From positions 1-30,134 of the forward strand of contig NW_021832641.1 in the NCBI RefSeq assembly GCF_006345805.1: a stretch of DNA of 30,134 nt, in the 5' to 3' direction. The number at the start of each line of letters is the position of its first letter. Position 1 is the stretch's first letter. This document shows, one piece after another, positions 1 through 9,930 of this stretch. The stretch comes from Octopus sinensis. Its lineage: Eukaryota. A program made the translations under genes and the position numbers. Below the pieces are notes generated by a model that saw only the letters and a program-made list of their open reading frames with translations, had not been told where the DNA came from and ran no database searches.

Positions 1-122
1 GATAATCATCAACTTCGATCAATTTGTAGTAGTAGAATACTCATCGCTACAGCTAGTACGATAACAACGCGCCGGTAAATGAAGTCAGGACTGTTTGTGT
101 ACAATAAAACGATAAATTCTCA

Positions 123-536
123 TGCAGGGATAAATCAAAATGTCTTTTGTTGAATCTCTGTATGAGTACAAATCTTGTACATAAATGTACCGTGCACACA
201 AGGCCCTATGTTTACATTGGGCAGATGGCTGACTAATTTAAGAATCGTTATCATGATCATGTTGCCATCTTTAGGTAAATAAATAAGAGACATTCGACAT
301 CTTTGGCAGATTTTATATGGCGACTAAAGGAGGCTAATACGAAATACTACATTACTCGGTCCATAGTTAGACATGCAAAACCATACAGTGCAATTTGCAG
401 GAGATGCCGTCTCTGCTCCGAGGAATCCCTGTCTATTCTGTGGACTAACGAAAATACACTTAATAGAATTTCTGAAAAACTATCGAGATGCCTACACGCA
501 TATAAATGTACTTTCATACAATGCAGTGAGAATTAA
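123..536 (+). pseudogene. Degenerate GIY-YIG endonuclease C-terminal region of a Penelope-like element (PLE)
   Basis: One frame reads CRDKSKC...LVHKCTV...YVYIGQMAD*FKNRYHDH...STSLADFIWRLKE...IVRHAKPYSAICRRCRLCSEE...LNRISEKLSRCLH. It has in-frame stops at 234-236 and 276-278. The YIG motif, (S)L(S)xxIWxLKE, AKPY and CxLC-LN..CxH tail match the PLE Uri/GIY-YIG C-terminus I know. Confidence 0.8.
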
Positions 537-1058
537 TTTTGAGTATCCGCTAACTTAGTGTAATTTTAATTCACTTTTAATTCAAATTTACTTTAAACCT
601 CCCCGTTCTTCTAAACACCTACTAAATATCTAACTCGCTTTGTAATCATGAGTGCGCGTAACCTCGCTAATACTTTTTGCTAATACATGTATGAGCGTGT
701 GTACTCGTGCCATGCTGCTTACTCGAGGGCGTTTATACATCCATATCGGTTAACGGTTATTTTCATTACTTTTCTCGCTGGATTAAGTGTCCGTTTCTCT
801 TTGTTGTCTTCTGCATTTTTATTTTTGGATCTATATATATGAAGAATTTTCCTCCGTCTGGCTGTTTTTCTCTCTACAAAACGAAGAGTTGCATTTTAAC
901 GAGTTTTTAAAATTTCTTTATCACACGACGAGACACGTCTGCACCACCGGATACTTCTGAACCAGTTTTTTGTGTGTCCCACAAGAGGAGTTAATGCTAG
1001 ATGTGTCGAAACAATTGTTGTGATTATAATATTATTCATGTATATTCCGTCTTCTTTT

Positions 1059-1066
<8 letters not shown>

Positions 1067-1100
<34 letters not shown>

Positions 1101-1113
1101 TTGTGTGTGTGAG

Positions 1114-1170
<57 letters not shown>

Positions 1171-1180
1171 GGTGTATATA
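1067..1180. repeat. (TA)n/(TG)n compound microsatellite
   Basis: Directly visible dinucleotide runs. Confidence 0.95.
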
Positions 1181-1321
1181 TAAATATATATGAATAATTA
1201 ATTAATGGGTGAGAGAATTAGATACTAATTTAATAGTATATTTATTCACACACAAGTGGCCTAGTGCTACGAGAAACCTGGATTATTATTAATATTTTAT
1301 AACATCTTACAATACTTTTTT

Positions 1322-1458
1322 AAAACAAATATAAGAGAGTGGTCAATATATTGCTCACTCTAGCACCAGTTAATCCAAAGGTTTCAACGGTTGAAACCTT
1401 TTTGGATTAACTGGTGCTAGAGTGAGCAATATATTGACCACTCTCTTATATTTGTTTT
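1322..1458. repeat. Near-perfect 137 bp palindrome (67 and 69 bp arms)
   Basis: 1322-1388 is the reverse complement of 1390-1458 except for a 2 nt difference in a homopolymer (ccaaagg vs cctttttgg). The arms are separated only by G1389. Confidence 0.97.
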
Positions 1459-1892
1459 TATAAATATATATGTATATATGATATATACATAAACACACAC
1501 ACCTATATATAGATGTGTCTGTATGTGGGTGTGTGGTTGTAGGTGTGGATATGTGTACGCGCATGCTTATTTCTTCATCTCCACTCGCTCTATATGTTCA
1601 GTAACTTAATATTAGATAATACAAACTAATTACTAGAAAAACTCTAAATACATAGGGTTGTTTTAATTCGGCTGATTAAATCAGTCCTGAAATGATGACT
1701 AAGAATAAAAAATTGATGTAACGTCTATCATTGTTACAAATGCATACCCATAAATGTAATGTGAAACGTGCATTAGTAATAGCAGAAGTAATAGAAACAT
1801 GTAAGAACTCAAAGCATGAATATATTCATGTGTATACGTAAATGTGTGCATATTAACAAAAATCATGTATAAATGCTCATATACATACACTC

Positions 1893-2066
1893 GCGCAGGC
1901 ATAGTCGCGCGGTTAAAGTAACTTTATAACCATGCAATTTCGTGTTCAGTAACACTGCGTGGTGCTTAAGTCAAGTGTCTCCTACTTTAGAACCAGGAAG
2001 ACCAATGCCTTGTGAGTGATTTTGTTCACCAGAAATCATTTGGAAACTCGTCGACTTTACACACTT

Positions 2067-2116
<50 letters not shown>

Positions 2117-2120
2117 GTTA

Positions 2121-2158
<38 letters not shown>

Positions 2159-2160
2159 CA
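1893..2160 (+). mobile_element. Old, degenerate 5' half of a tRNA-derived SINE plus its internal (TA)/(TG) tract
   Basis: Collinear with 26054-26220: gcaggcatagtcgcgcggttaaag..., caagtgtctcctact, accaatgccttgtgagtgatttt, tggaaact. It is followed by a TA/TG tract, as the intact copy is. Confidence 0.7.
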
Positions 2161-2316
2161 TATTTGTGAATTAAGGACAGCATTGGCCTCAAGCATGTTT
2201 AAGAAGGGTAGGAAAATATTCAAGTATCTTAACAATTTTTCAAGCCGATCACATGGAGAAAGAGAGATTGTTTTCCAAAATGGAGGCGAACACTTTTCTC
2301 CATGTAATGGTCTTAA

Positions 2317-2493
2317 AAATTAGGCAAAAGAGAATGAAGTTTTCGGTAGAGCTCGGTGGATCTGGATACAGAGGGAAATGTAGCAACAAAACCATTGTTT
2401 GGTCCTTCACTGCCAATATCGCGCACGTGTTATTCGATTTTAGGCAGAAATGTGCAGTTTTCCAACAGGACTTTGATCAAATGTCTTAAAATA
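2317..2493. repeat. Left arm of 177 bp inverted repeat (DNA-transposon subterminal sequence, last ~28 bp of terminus missing)
   Basis: Reverse complement of 3036-3213 with about 5-6 small differences. The same peptide IRQKRMKFSVELGGSGYRGKCSNKTIVWSFTA appears in ORFs on opposite strands (2253+ and 3089-). Confidence 0.95.
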
Positions 2494-2936
2494 GTAATAG
2501 CTGATGGATTTAATACCGACTTTTACTGCTAACACAATTAGCAACAAAAGTAGTGGTTGTTCAAGGGAGACATCGCCTACTTTGGAAGTTTGCCTTCAGA
2601 ATTGTATAGACACATCAGGCATGTTTACCTGTCTCTCGACTAACATCTGTCGCAACTCGTGGCAAAGTGGAAGACAACAGCCATTCACACTAGGCGAACA
2701 TGGGAGTGGTGACGCTGCTGTAGAAAGGCGTAAACACAGGGAATATCATTCAGTTTCTGCTCCGTAGCTCATCAAAGGAGTTTAAAGAGCGGTAGTCTTA
2801 TCTTTTAAAGATAATTGGATATTTTGCTACTCTCCTTAATATGAAACCGATGGTAGCCTTAATTCACAAATAAAGAAGTTATTTATCCACCAAGTAGTGT
2901 TGAGTACTCATTTACATTTACATTCTAACTTTATGT

Positions 2937-2976
<40 letters not shown>

Positions 2977-3008
2977 CATATATACATACATATATATACA
3001 TACATACA

Positions 3009-3213
3009 TACGAGATGTATAACAAATGTAGACCGTATTTTAAGACATTTGATCAAAGTCCTGTTGCAAAAACTGCACATTTCTCTGCCTAAATCGAATA
3101 ACACGTGCGCGATATTGCAGTGAAGGACCAAACAATGGTTTTGTTGCTACATTTCCCTCTGTATCCAGATCCACCGAGCTCTACCGAAAACTTCATTCTC
3201 TTTTGCCTAATTT
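3009..3213. mobile_element. Tc1/mariner-like DNA transposon terminus (TA|CGAGATGTATAACAAATGTAGACCGTAT) and right arm of the inverted repeat
   Basis: Starts at a TA next to a (TACA)n tract. The first 30 bp recur identically at 6522-6551. A TA-CGAG start is typical of mariner-type TIRs. No transposase motif was recognised. Confidence 0.55.
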
Positions 3214-3386
3214 CTGACAATGCAAACTTTGTATTTCTTAGAACTGCTTCTAAACTCACACTCTCACTGTCATGAATGTCTTCTCTTATATCTTCTCTAC
3301 TATTGGTCCCTGAGTCATCACTCTGTAAGTCAGAATAGTCGAAGTGGGTCACACTTGAACCAGGAAGGAAGAATATCCTGTCAGCA

Positions 3387-4133
3387 TACGAGATGTGTAT
3401 CACGATGTGTTTTTTAATCGTCTCTTCTATGTAAATAATTATGTTTTCTAGTGTTACTTCTTTACAGTATCATTTCAAATATATGTGAATGGTTTTCTTC
3501 GGAAGTGCCCAACACAGTTTGATGACAATCTCAATTGCCAACTTTCAGTTAACTAATTCAGTAAAGCGTCCGCAAAAGGTTTTCCACGCCTGTAACTTTT
3601 CACCAAGATTAAAATGCTTTGATTATTGTAATCGTAACATCATAAACTTATGAAGCGTGTTGGCGATCAGCTGGATTTGTGAACACCATACCGTTTTCTT
3701 ATTGGCTGAAGTGATAAATACACCAGCTAGATATGATCTGGATGACCCATTACAGATTGTATAAATCATTTTGTTCGGGAAATCTAGTCGTTACCTGTCG
3801 GACTATAGGGTATGAAAATGTCTGTGAGTTTCTTATACTCAGTATCTTATAAGTTATATTTCCACACGTTACAATCCAGATGATTCTAAGTTACCATTTC
3901 AGTCGATTCATTGTTCTTACGAGCCTTAAGTTTCCAGGAACTCTTTTCGATGCTAAAGAAATTTGGTCGCTAGCCTCAGTCATGCAGATTACAAGTCTCA
4001 GAACACTACTGCTGTTCACATCCAGGACAAATTCCTTACAGAAAATCGTCCATTCCACAAAATCCAGATCTTTCCAAAATATCACTGTCAGTCCCATTTA
4101 TTCAAGTCAGACTAAAGTTGCATACATCTCGTA
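3387..4133. mobile_element. Possible non-autonomous (MITE-like) element bounded by TACGAGATGT...ACATCTCGTA
   Basis: tacgagatgt at 3387-3396 is inverted relative to atacatctcgta at 4122-4133. Both resemble the 3009/6522 terminus. The interior has no recognisable coding motif. Confidence 0.35.
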
Positions 4134-4894
4134 GTCGTCATGAAGAAAATTGAGTGCGTATTGTACGGGAGTTCGACTTCTGGCTGGTATATTCTGCAAC
4201 AAAATCTAGCGATCATGTGATCTTACTATCAAACAAGCCGATGCTACGTGCATTTATGCTAAATACTCTCATTACAGCCAGCCACTTACTTCATACTACA
4301 TAATGCAACAAATTTTCTTGTAGAAAATCCTCATTAAAGTGATCAAAGTTAATCAAATGATAGAAGCATGTAAGAAAGTTTCCGCTGTTCCACTGTGCTT
4401 TGGACATGTGCTATAATGCATTGTTAGGAACAGACGTTAGTAAAACTGTATGTGGATGTTGTATTAATCAGAATGAGAAATGAATATTTGAAAAAATGAG
4501 AAGATACTTTATTAAAAGCAGTCTCATTAAAATAGCAGCATAGATATGTTTCGTACTATTAACACATTCACAGCATTCACCACTACATAGCAAACAGTTT
4601 GTTTTGTTCACGGAGATACAAACAAGAATGATTATAAATGAGCATCATACTTTAAATAATAAGTCTGACATGATATGACTATTATACACCAAGAAGGGGT
4701 GATGAGCAACTACTGAGTCCGTGGAGTAGTTTCAGAAAGCAGTTATCACATTTGCCCAATTATTTTCCAAACCAAAAGAGGATAAGCTTCTTGTCTTTGG
4801 TGACTGAAATCATACAGCAAAGTAACTCGGCTGCGGCAAACGTCGCATAGGTAAATGTATAATTTAAAAAGAAAATATTTTATTATTGGAATTT

Positions 4895-5100
4895 AAGCCT
4901 GTACTGATTGCACATACTGACTGCACATATGACGATATGGTGAAATAACATCAAGACGTAACTTCGGATTTTTAAATATTTTCGTGAAATGAATGTCCCA
5001 TATGAAAATTAAAGAACAAACAAACGGACAAAACAAAAATAAATTATGTAGAGTAGCAGAAGAGATGTGGATTATCCACCACTAAAATACACTGAAATAA
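4895..5100 (+). pseudogene. Very degenerate second PLE GIY-YIG tail fragment
   Basis: Fragments CTDC...YGEI and KLCRVAEEMWIIHH*NTLK (5041-5097) resemble CxxC..YIGET and R..RE..WI..L.TL motifs. They lie directly upstream of the hammerhead-like motif, as expected for a PLE 3' end. Confidence 0.35.
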
Positions 5101-5216
5101 TGAATATCCGCTCTACCTACAACATTTTAAAAACTAATCCGACGAATTGCCCGTGGGTATTAAATTATAATGTACGTATAATCTATTTAAGCAATGTTCA
5201 TGGATAGTTAATGGAT

Positions 5217-5282
5217 TGGATGTGATACTGAAGAAGGAATAACAACTAGCAAGAACTCCTGAAGTATATATACATACATCCA
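5217..5282 (+). ncRNA. Candidate minimal type I hammerhead ribozyme (degenerate)
   Basis: TGGATGTGATA (stem I) - CTGAAGA (5228-5234, CUGANGA box) - AGGA/TCCT stem II - GAAG (GAAA box variant) - TATA palindromic stem III - TA - TACATACATCCA (stem I', tggatgt/acatcca pairing). Confidence 0.55.
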
Positions 5283-5403
5283 TGATCTATTTTCTTTCTT
5301 CGGTTGCATTGTTTACATAGGTGTATTCGAATACGAAATGTCGTCACTTTCAGTGCTGGCTCTAGGTAAAAATCTGTAGAGATAACTTTAAACAGTTATA
5401 TAT

Positions 5404-5755
5404 ATTATAACCTTCGCCTTAGCGAAGGCGGAGATATTGTTTACAGTCGTGTTTGTTTGTTTCTTCGTGAACAAGATATCTCAAAAACCGCTGGATGGAT
5501 TCGGCTGAAACTTTCAGGGATGTTTGACCTCGTGACTGCTACGAACTGATTAGATTTTGGGATCGATCGGGTACTGATCAAGGAATCTGTATTATTTTTC
5601 CGGTTTTTTACTTAATTTTTGAGAGCGATCGGATTCATTTTTAGGATTCTTGTTTGTGAGAGCAATCGAGTTTATTTAAAAATCATCTCCGGCTAATCAT
5701 TGAGAAGATGTTGGTGTTGCCTTAGTGGACGTTTGCCCTCCCTGAGTGCTCTTAT
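5404..5755 (+). mobile_element. DINE-1/HINE-like non-autonomous Helentron, family 1 (degenerate)
   Basis: 5' accttcgcc-ttagcgaa-ggcggaga inverted repeat, then a gtttgtttgttt...aagatatctcaaaaaccgctggatggattcggctgaaactttcaggg core. The 3' end is a ccttagtggacgt subTIR remnant plus a gccctc-cct-gagtgc stem-loop remnant. Confidence 0.7.
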
Positions 5756-5765
5756 AACCACATCA

Positions 5766-6109
5766 TTATTACCCTGCGCGCGTAAGCGAAAGCAGGGTAT
5801 TGTAATTACTCGTCTTTGTCTGCTGGTCTGTATGTTTGCAAAATTTCTGGAAAACGGCTGAACAGATTTTCACCACATTTGGTAGAAATATTCATTGGGT
5901 GAGTGGCTTGAAATTATGAACATTTAGCTTGATTATCTTTTAAAAAAATAAAATTTTTAATCGAATTTACAAATTTCCCGATAAGCGAGTGGTCATTATT
6001 TTGTTCACTTTCTTTTTCATATTCATCGACCCTAGTGTATACATATGCGCGTAGACACGTGTGCGTACATACATACATGCGCACATACATACATACATAC
6101 ATACATACA

Positions 6110-6144
<35 letters not shown>

Positions 6145-6404
6145 GCGACTGTGTGTACGTGTGTGTACATGTGTGTGTGTACACAGATGGATGCGAGGGT
6201 TTCGTCTATTTACGAGTTGATTTCTTAATTTTACCTGAGTATAAATACCTATAATGGTGATACTTGAAAAAAACATTATTAAACTTTTTAAAAAAGTTCA
6301 ATTAAAAAGCATGGGTAAGCAATGCCTTATGAGTCACACTATAATTTGCGAAAAATTTATCTGCGCGCAGGGTATGCATCGCCTCTTCGATGCCTTTTTT
6401 GTTT
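5766..6404 (+). mobile_element. DINE-1/HINE-like non-autonomous Helentron, family 2 (structurally intact)
   Basis: 5' subTIR taccctgcgcgc (5770-5781) with partner IR gcagggta (5792-5799). Core reads ...aaacggctgaacagattttcaccacatttgg, with an internal (TACA)n tract. 3' subTIR gcgcgcagggta (6363-6374), stem-loop gcatcg-cctctt-cgatgc (6376-6393), then a T-run. Confidence 0.85.
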
Positions 6405-6521
6405 TCATTAATATTAATGTTAATGCTCATAAAATGCATTTTCCATGTTGTAATGAAACAATTGTAACCATAGAATTAAAAATAATACCATAAATTCCAG
6501 TCTTTGTTTCAATATGATACC

Positions 6522-6640
6522 TACGAGATGTATAACAAATGTAGACCGTATCATGTATTTGAAAATATTGTGCATCAAATCAACACTATCTCCGACAGAA
6601 TAAATTTGGAAATAAAATAACACAATAAAGGTCCTTTACA
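6522..6640. mobile_element. Second mariner-like terminus fragment
   Basis: 6522-6551 is identical to 3009-3038, and the sequences diverge after that. Confidence 0.5.
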
Positions 6641-6746
6641 TACGCCTATTATTAAAATTTCAAATCCTTTGAGAGGAAAAAAGCTCTTTATATCTTAGAA
6701 ATTAGTAATGCGAAAATACTACGTGACTTGGACATACCTTTTTAAT

Positions 6747-6915
6747 CTTTTAGTCTTTTACTTATTTCAGTCAGTGGACTATGGCTATGCTGAAGTACTG
6801 CGTTAGTCAGTCAAACATATCGATTCCGGTGCTTATTTGTAAGTCTAGTACTTATTCTATCAGTATCTTTTCGCCGAGCCGCCAAGTCACGGACGCGAAA
6901 ATAAACCAACGAAGT
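6747..6915 (-). mobile_element. 3' half of tRNA-derived SINE (same family as 26054-26455)
   Basis: Reverse complement matches 26290-26455: cttttacttatttcagtca, ttgtaagtctagtacttattctatc, cttttcgccgagccgccaagtcac. Confidence 0.8.
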
Positions 6916-7559
6916 TATGAAGCAGTGGAGGGGAAAACACGTACGAAGAGGAAGTAGTAATAATAGTAGTAGAAGTAGTAGTAGAGGAGGAAAAAAAAGA
7001 AGCAGAAGAAGAAAAAGAGGAGGATGAGTAGGAGGTGGAGGATGGGGAGGAGGGAGAGGAAGACGATCAACACCACTGATGGTCCTTTATCCATTCCCAA
7101 ATAGATGAAAGATTAAATTAACTTTGGTGGGATTTGGGTTTAGAAAGCCAATGAAAGTCACAAAATATTCTCCCCCACAAGCTCTAACTATTCTACTAAT
7201 TCGCTCGCTACCGTTGCTTATCAGTAAGCCTATATAAAATGAAATGTCGATGTTATAAAAGTCGTTTTGCTTGATTCGTCTCATTTCAGATGTCAGATGC
7301 GAAACCTTGCCCTGCGTTTGACTCGGGACTGCAGATCATTCGGATAATATAGTCAACAGAAAAAAAAAAGAAAAAGAAAACAACAGAAAAAGAATTGACG
7401 TTGAAGACGATGGTGACAATAATAGATTTTGATTTAGGCTCAAGATTTTGACTAAGAAGAAAGGTAAAGTTGCCCACGGCGCAGTTTAAACTTAGAATGT
7501 AAAGAACCGTGCTACATACATAAATGTGGTTGTGCATGATTTCAGTTCAATATTGATTT

Positions 7560-7760
7560 ATAACATAAGCACCATGCTTCATATTGGCTATGGGTGAAGT
7601 TAATTATATTGATCTTAGCACTTGACTTTCTTTTATCGGTTTCGGAAGGATGAAAGAGAACGTTGACCTTGGTGGAATTTTAACGTAGAATGTAAAAGGT
7701 CTTAACACAATGCTATAAAGTATTTTGTCCCGTACTGAAGCAATTCTGATAATTCAGAAA
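7560..7760 (-). mobile_element. Highly degenerate SINE, same family as 22098-22290
   Basis: ggatgaaagagaacgttgaccttggtggaattttaacgtagaatgtaaa parallels atgaaagacaaagtcacccatggcggaatttgaactcagaacataaa. Confidence 0.55.
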
Positions 7761-8164
7761 ATCATTAATTCTCATCTTATTGACTCACAAAGTACGAAAG
7801 ATAAAATTGACTCTGGAAAAAATGTAAATGATATAATCGAAGGAGGAAACTAAGAACTATAAAACTTTTAATTCAGCTTTCAGTGTATATTGATCGATTC
7901 ATTTTGGCAATGGTTTGGTTTGGAGGAAGAAGTTGCACCAATGAACTGCACATAGCTCTCCGAGACTAATGAGATTGATGTGGAAGATGTTTTTCATAAA
8001 CGACTGCAACTTATAAAATAAATGGCAGGCAGGGAAATTCCAGGGATGGGACGATTTAGAGAGGCAATAACTGGGTGGCTGGTGTGAGACCGGGGAGAGA
8101 AGAGAGGAAGAGAGGTGGGACAGAGTAGAAATCCACAAGGTCAGCCAGCTCCGAAGTGCAGAGA

Positions 8165-8690
8165 TTACTGTGAGAGCAGCAGCAGAAACAACAACAACAA
8201 CAGTATCAACATCAACAATAACAGCAACAACAGTAACAGAAGCAGGAGCAGCAATAATAGCGGTGTTGTTATTGGTGGTGGTGGTGGTAGTATTAGTAGT
8301 AGTAGTAGAAGAAGAAGAAGAAGAAGAAGGGGAAGAGGTGGAGGAAGAAGAAGAAGAGGAAGAGGAAGAAGAATTGGAAGAAGTAGAAGAAGGGGAAGAG
8401 GTGGAGGAAGAAGAAGAGGAAGAGGAAGAGGACGAAGAATTGGAAGAAGTAGAAGTAGAAGAAGAAGGGGAAGAAGAAGAAGAAGAAGAAGAAGAAGGGA
8501 GAAGAGAAAGAAGAAGAAGAAGAAGAAGAAGGGAGAAGAGAAAGAAGAAGAAGGGAGAAGAGAAAGAAGAAGAAGAAGAAGAAGGGAGAAGAGAAAGAAG
8601 AAGAAGAAGAAGAAGAAGAAGAAGAAGGGGGAAGAGGAAGAGGAAGAAGAAGAAGGGGGAGAGGAAGAGTAGGAGGAGGATAAGCAGAGC
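8165..8690. repeat. Compound trinucleotide microsatellite (AGC/AAC/GGT/AGT) ending in a ~380 bp near-pure polypurine (GAA/GGA) tract
   Basis: Directly visible. It includes a tandemly duplicated unit ggggaagaggtggaggaagaagaagaggaagagg...gaattggaagaagtag. Confidence 0.95.
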
Positions 8691-9717
8691 GAAAAAACTG
8701 GATTTCTGTGTCGGAGGTTGGAGTGTAGAGATGATTGACTTTATTCTAATAAGGTGGGTGACCTATTTTGGTGAATGTGTTCATCATCATCATCATCGTC
8801 ATCACCTTCACAATTGTAGGCAAGCAATGGATAAATTGTTGGTCTCTTTGAGTTTTGCGTAGAGTTGATAACTTATGAGATGCTCCTCGCATTTTATGCA
8901 CAAACGCAACACCAACGTGATGCACTTTATTGATACGGTTTTGCGGAGTGTTGTGCATAGCTAGATTTGTAGAGCAGTAGGGGTAAAGTTCGATCCGTAA
9001 GCTATTAGAGAGGGCATGATCCATTTGTATCTTAGTGAAGATTAGTTCAATTAGAAGAGAATGATGTATTAATCAATTTGTAGTCAAGTAGTATATATTT
9101 TAATTCGGAAAGAGGTTGGAGCACAGCTAAACTCATAGCAGAGTTAAGTTTAACTCAACTTGTACGTTGTGTGTTGGTGTATAGTTCTACTGCTTCTTTG
9201 ATAAGTTCTCATTACTCACAACCAAAATCTATAGAAATCGCTTCTCACGGCACACGAACGCGTCTTATTTGGCTGTTCAATTTATTGAATCTCCTCATCA
9301 CACATTTCATATGGCTGAGTCTTTGAGTGTCTAATGAAATGCCTCGCGCTATTTGTTTCAACTCTCTAGGATCTGAGAAGACGACTTCATCCGTGGCTCA
9401 ATTTAATGTCATATCTACTAGGTGCCTTAGAGGAGTTCAGCAGAAACCAAGTGTGTTGTAAGCATTCGGGTCAGGTCTTTGGTTTGATGGCACCTTCTTT
9501 CCCCCATCTCACCAATTTTGGAAGCTGTGTAAATGGTCATTGGCATTGCTTTCCATCCTCATCCTGACGAAAGGACAAGAAAATTTCTGTGATATATTTC
9601 ATATCGATTTCGGCGAGAAGAAAGAGATAATAGCATAGACTGTGACAGTGAATAATAATTAGAGTATTTCATGAGATTTTTCCACAAAGACTGACCATAC
9701 TACGAAGTTAGTATGGT

Positions 9718-9836
9718 TATTGTTGTTGCTGCTGCTGCTGCTGCTGTTGTTGTTGTTGTTGTCCTTCTTCTTCTTCTTCTTCTTCTTCTTCTTCTTCTTC
9801 TTCTTCTTCTTCTTCTTCTTCTTCTTCTTCTTCTTC

Positions 9837-9869
<33 letters not shown>

Positions 9870-9878
9870 TCATCATCA

Positions 9879-9910
<32 letters not shown>

Positions 9911-9930
9911 GTTGTTATTATTATTATTAT
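9718..9930. repeat. Compound microsatellite (GTT)(GCT)(GTT)(CTT)(CAT)(ATT)
   Basis: Directly visible. Confidence 0.95.

Noticed and set aside
2520-2800. Possible RTE/CR1-type LINE fragment on the - strand (YGAET, EGKLPK)
   Set aside because: Only two short motif matches with stops in between, which is not enough without an alignment.
3214-3400. Acidic peptide SDLQSDDSG...DSES suggestive of a piggyBac N-terminus
   Set aside because: Low complexity, with no TTAA ends or DDD motifs nearby.
4676-4850. ~57-codon open frame ending beside a gtaaat donor-like site
   Set aside because: It ends in a stop before the donor, has no acceptor and no recognisable motif.
8115-8862. 185 aa Arg-rich and 230 aa Glu-rich ORFs resembling protamine or neurofilament
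   Set aside because: They are fully explained by a GAA/GGA microsatellite lacking stop codons, with no unique domain.
8896-8958. Imperfect hairpin of pre-miRNA size
   Set aside because: A 5 nt bulge and poorly paired inner region make it unlike a Drosha/Dicer substrate.
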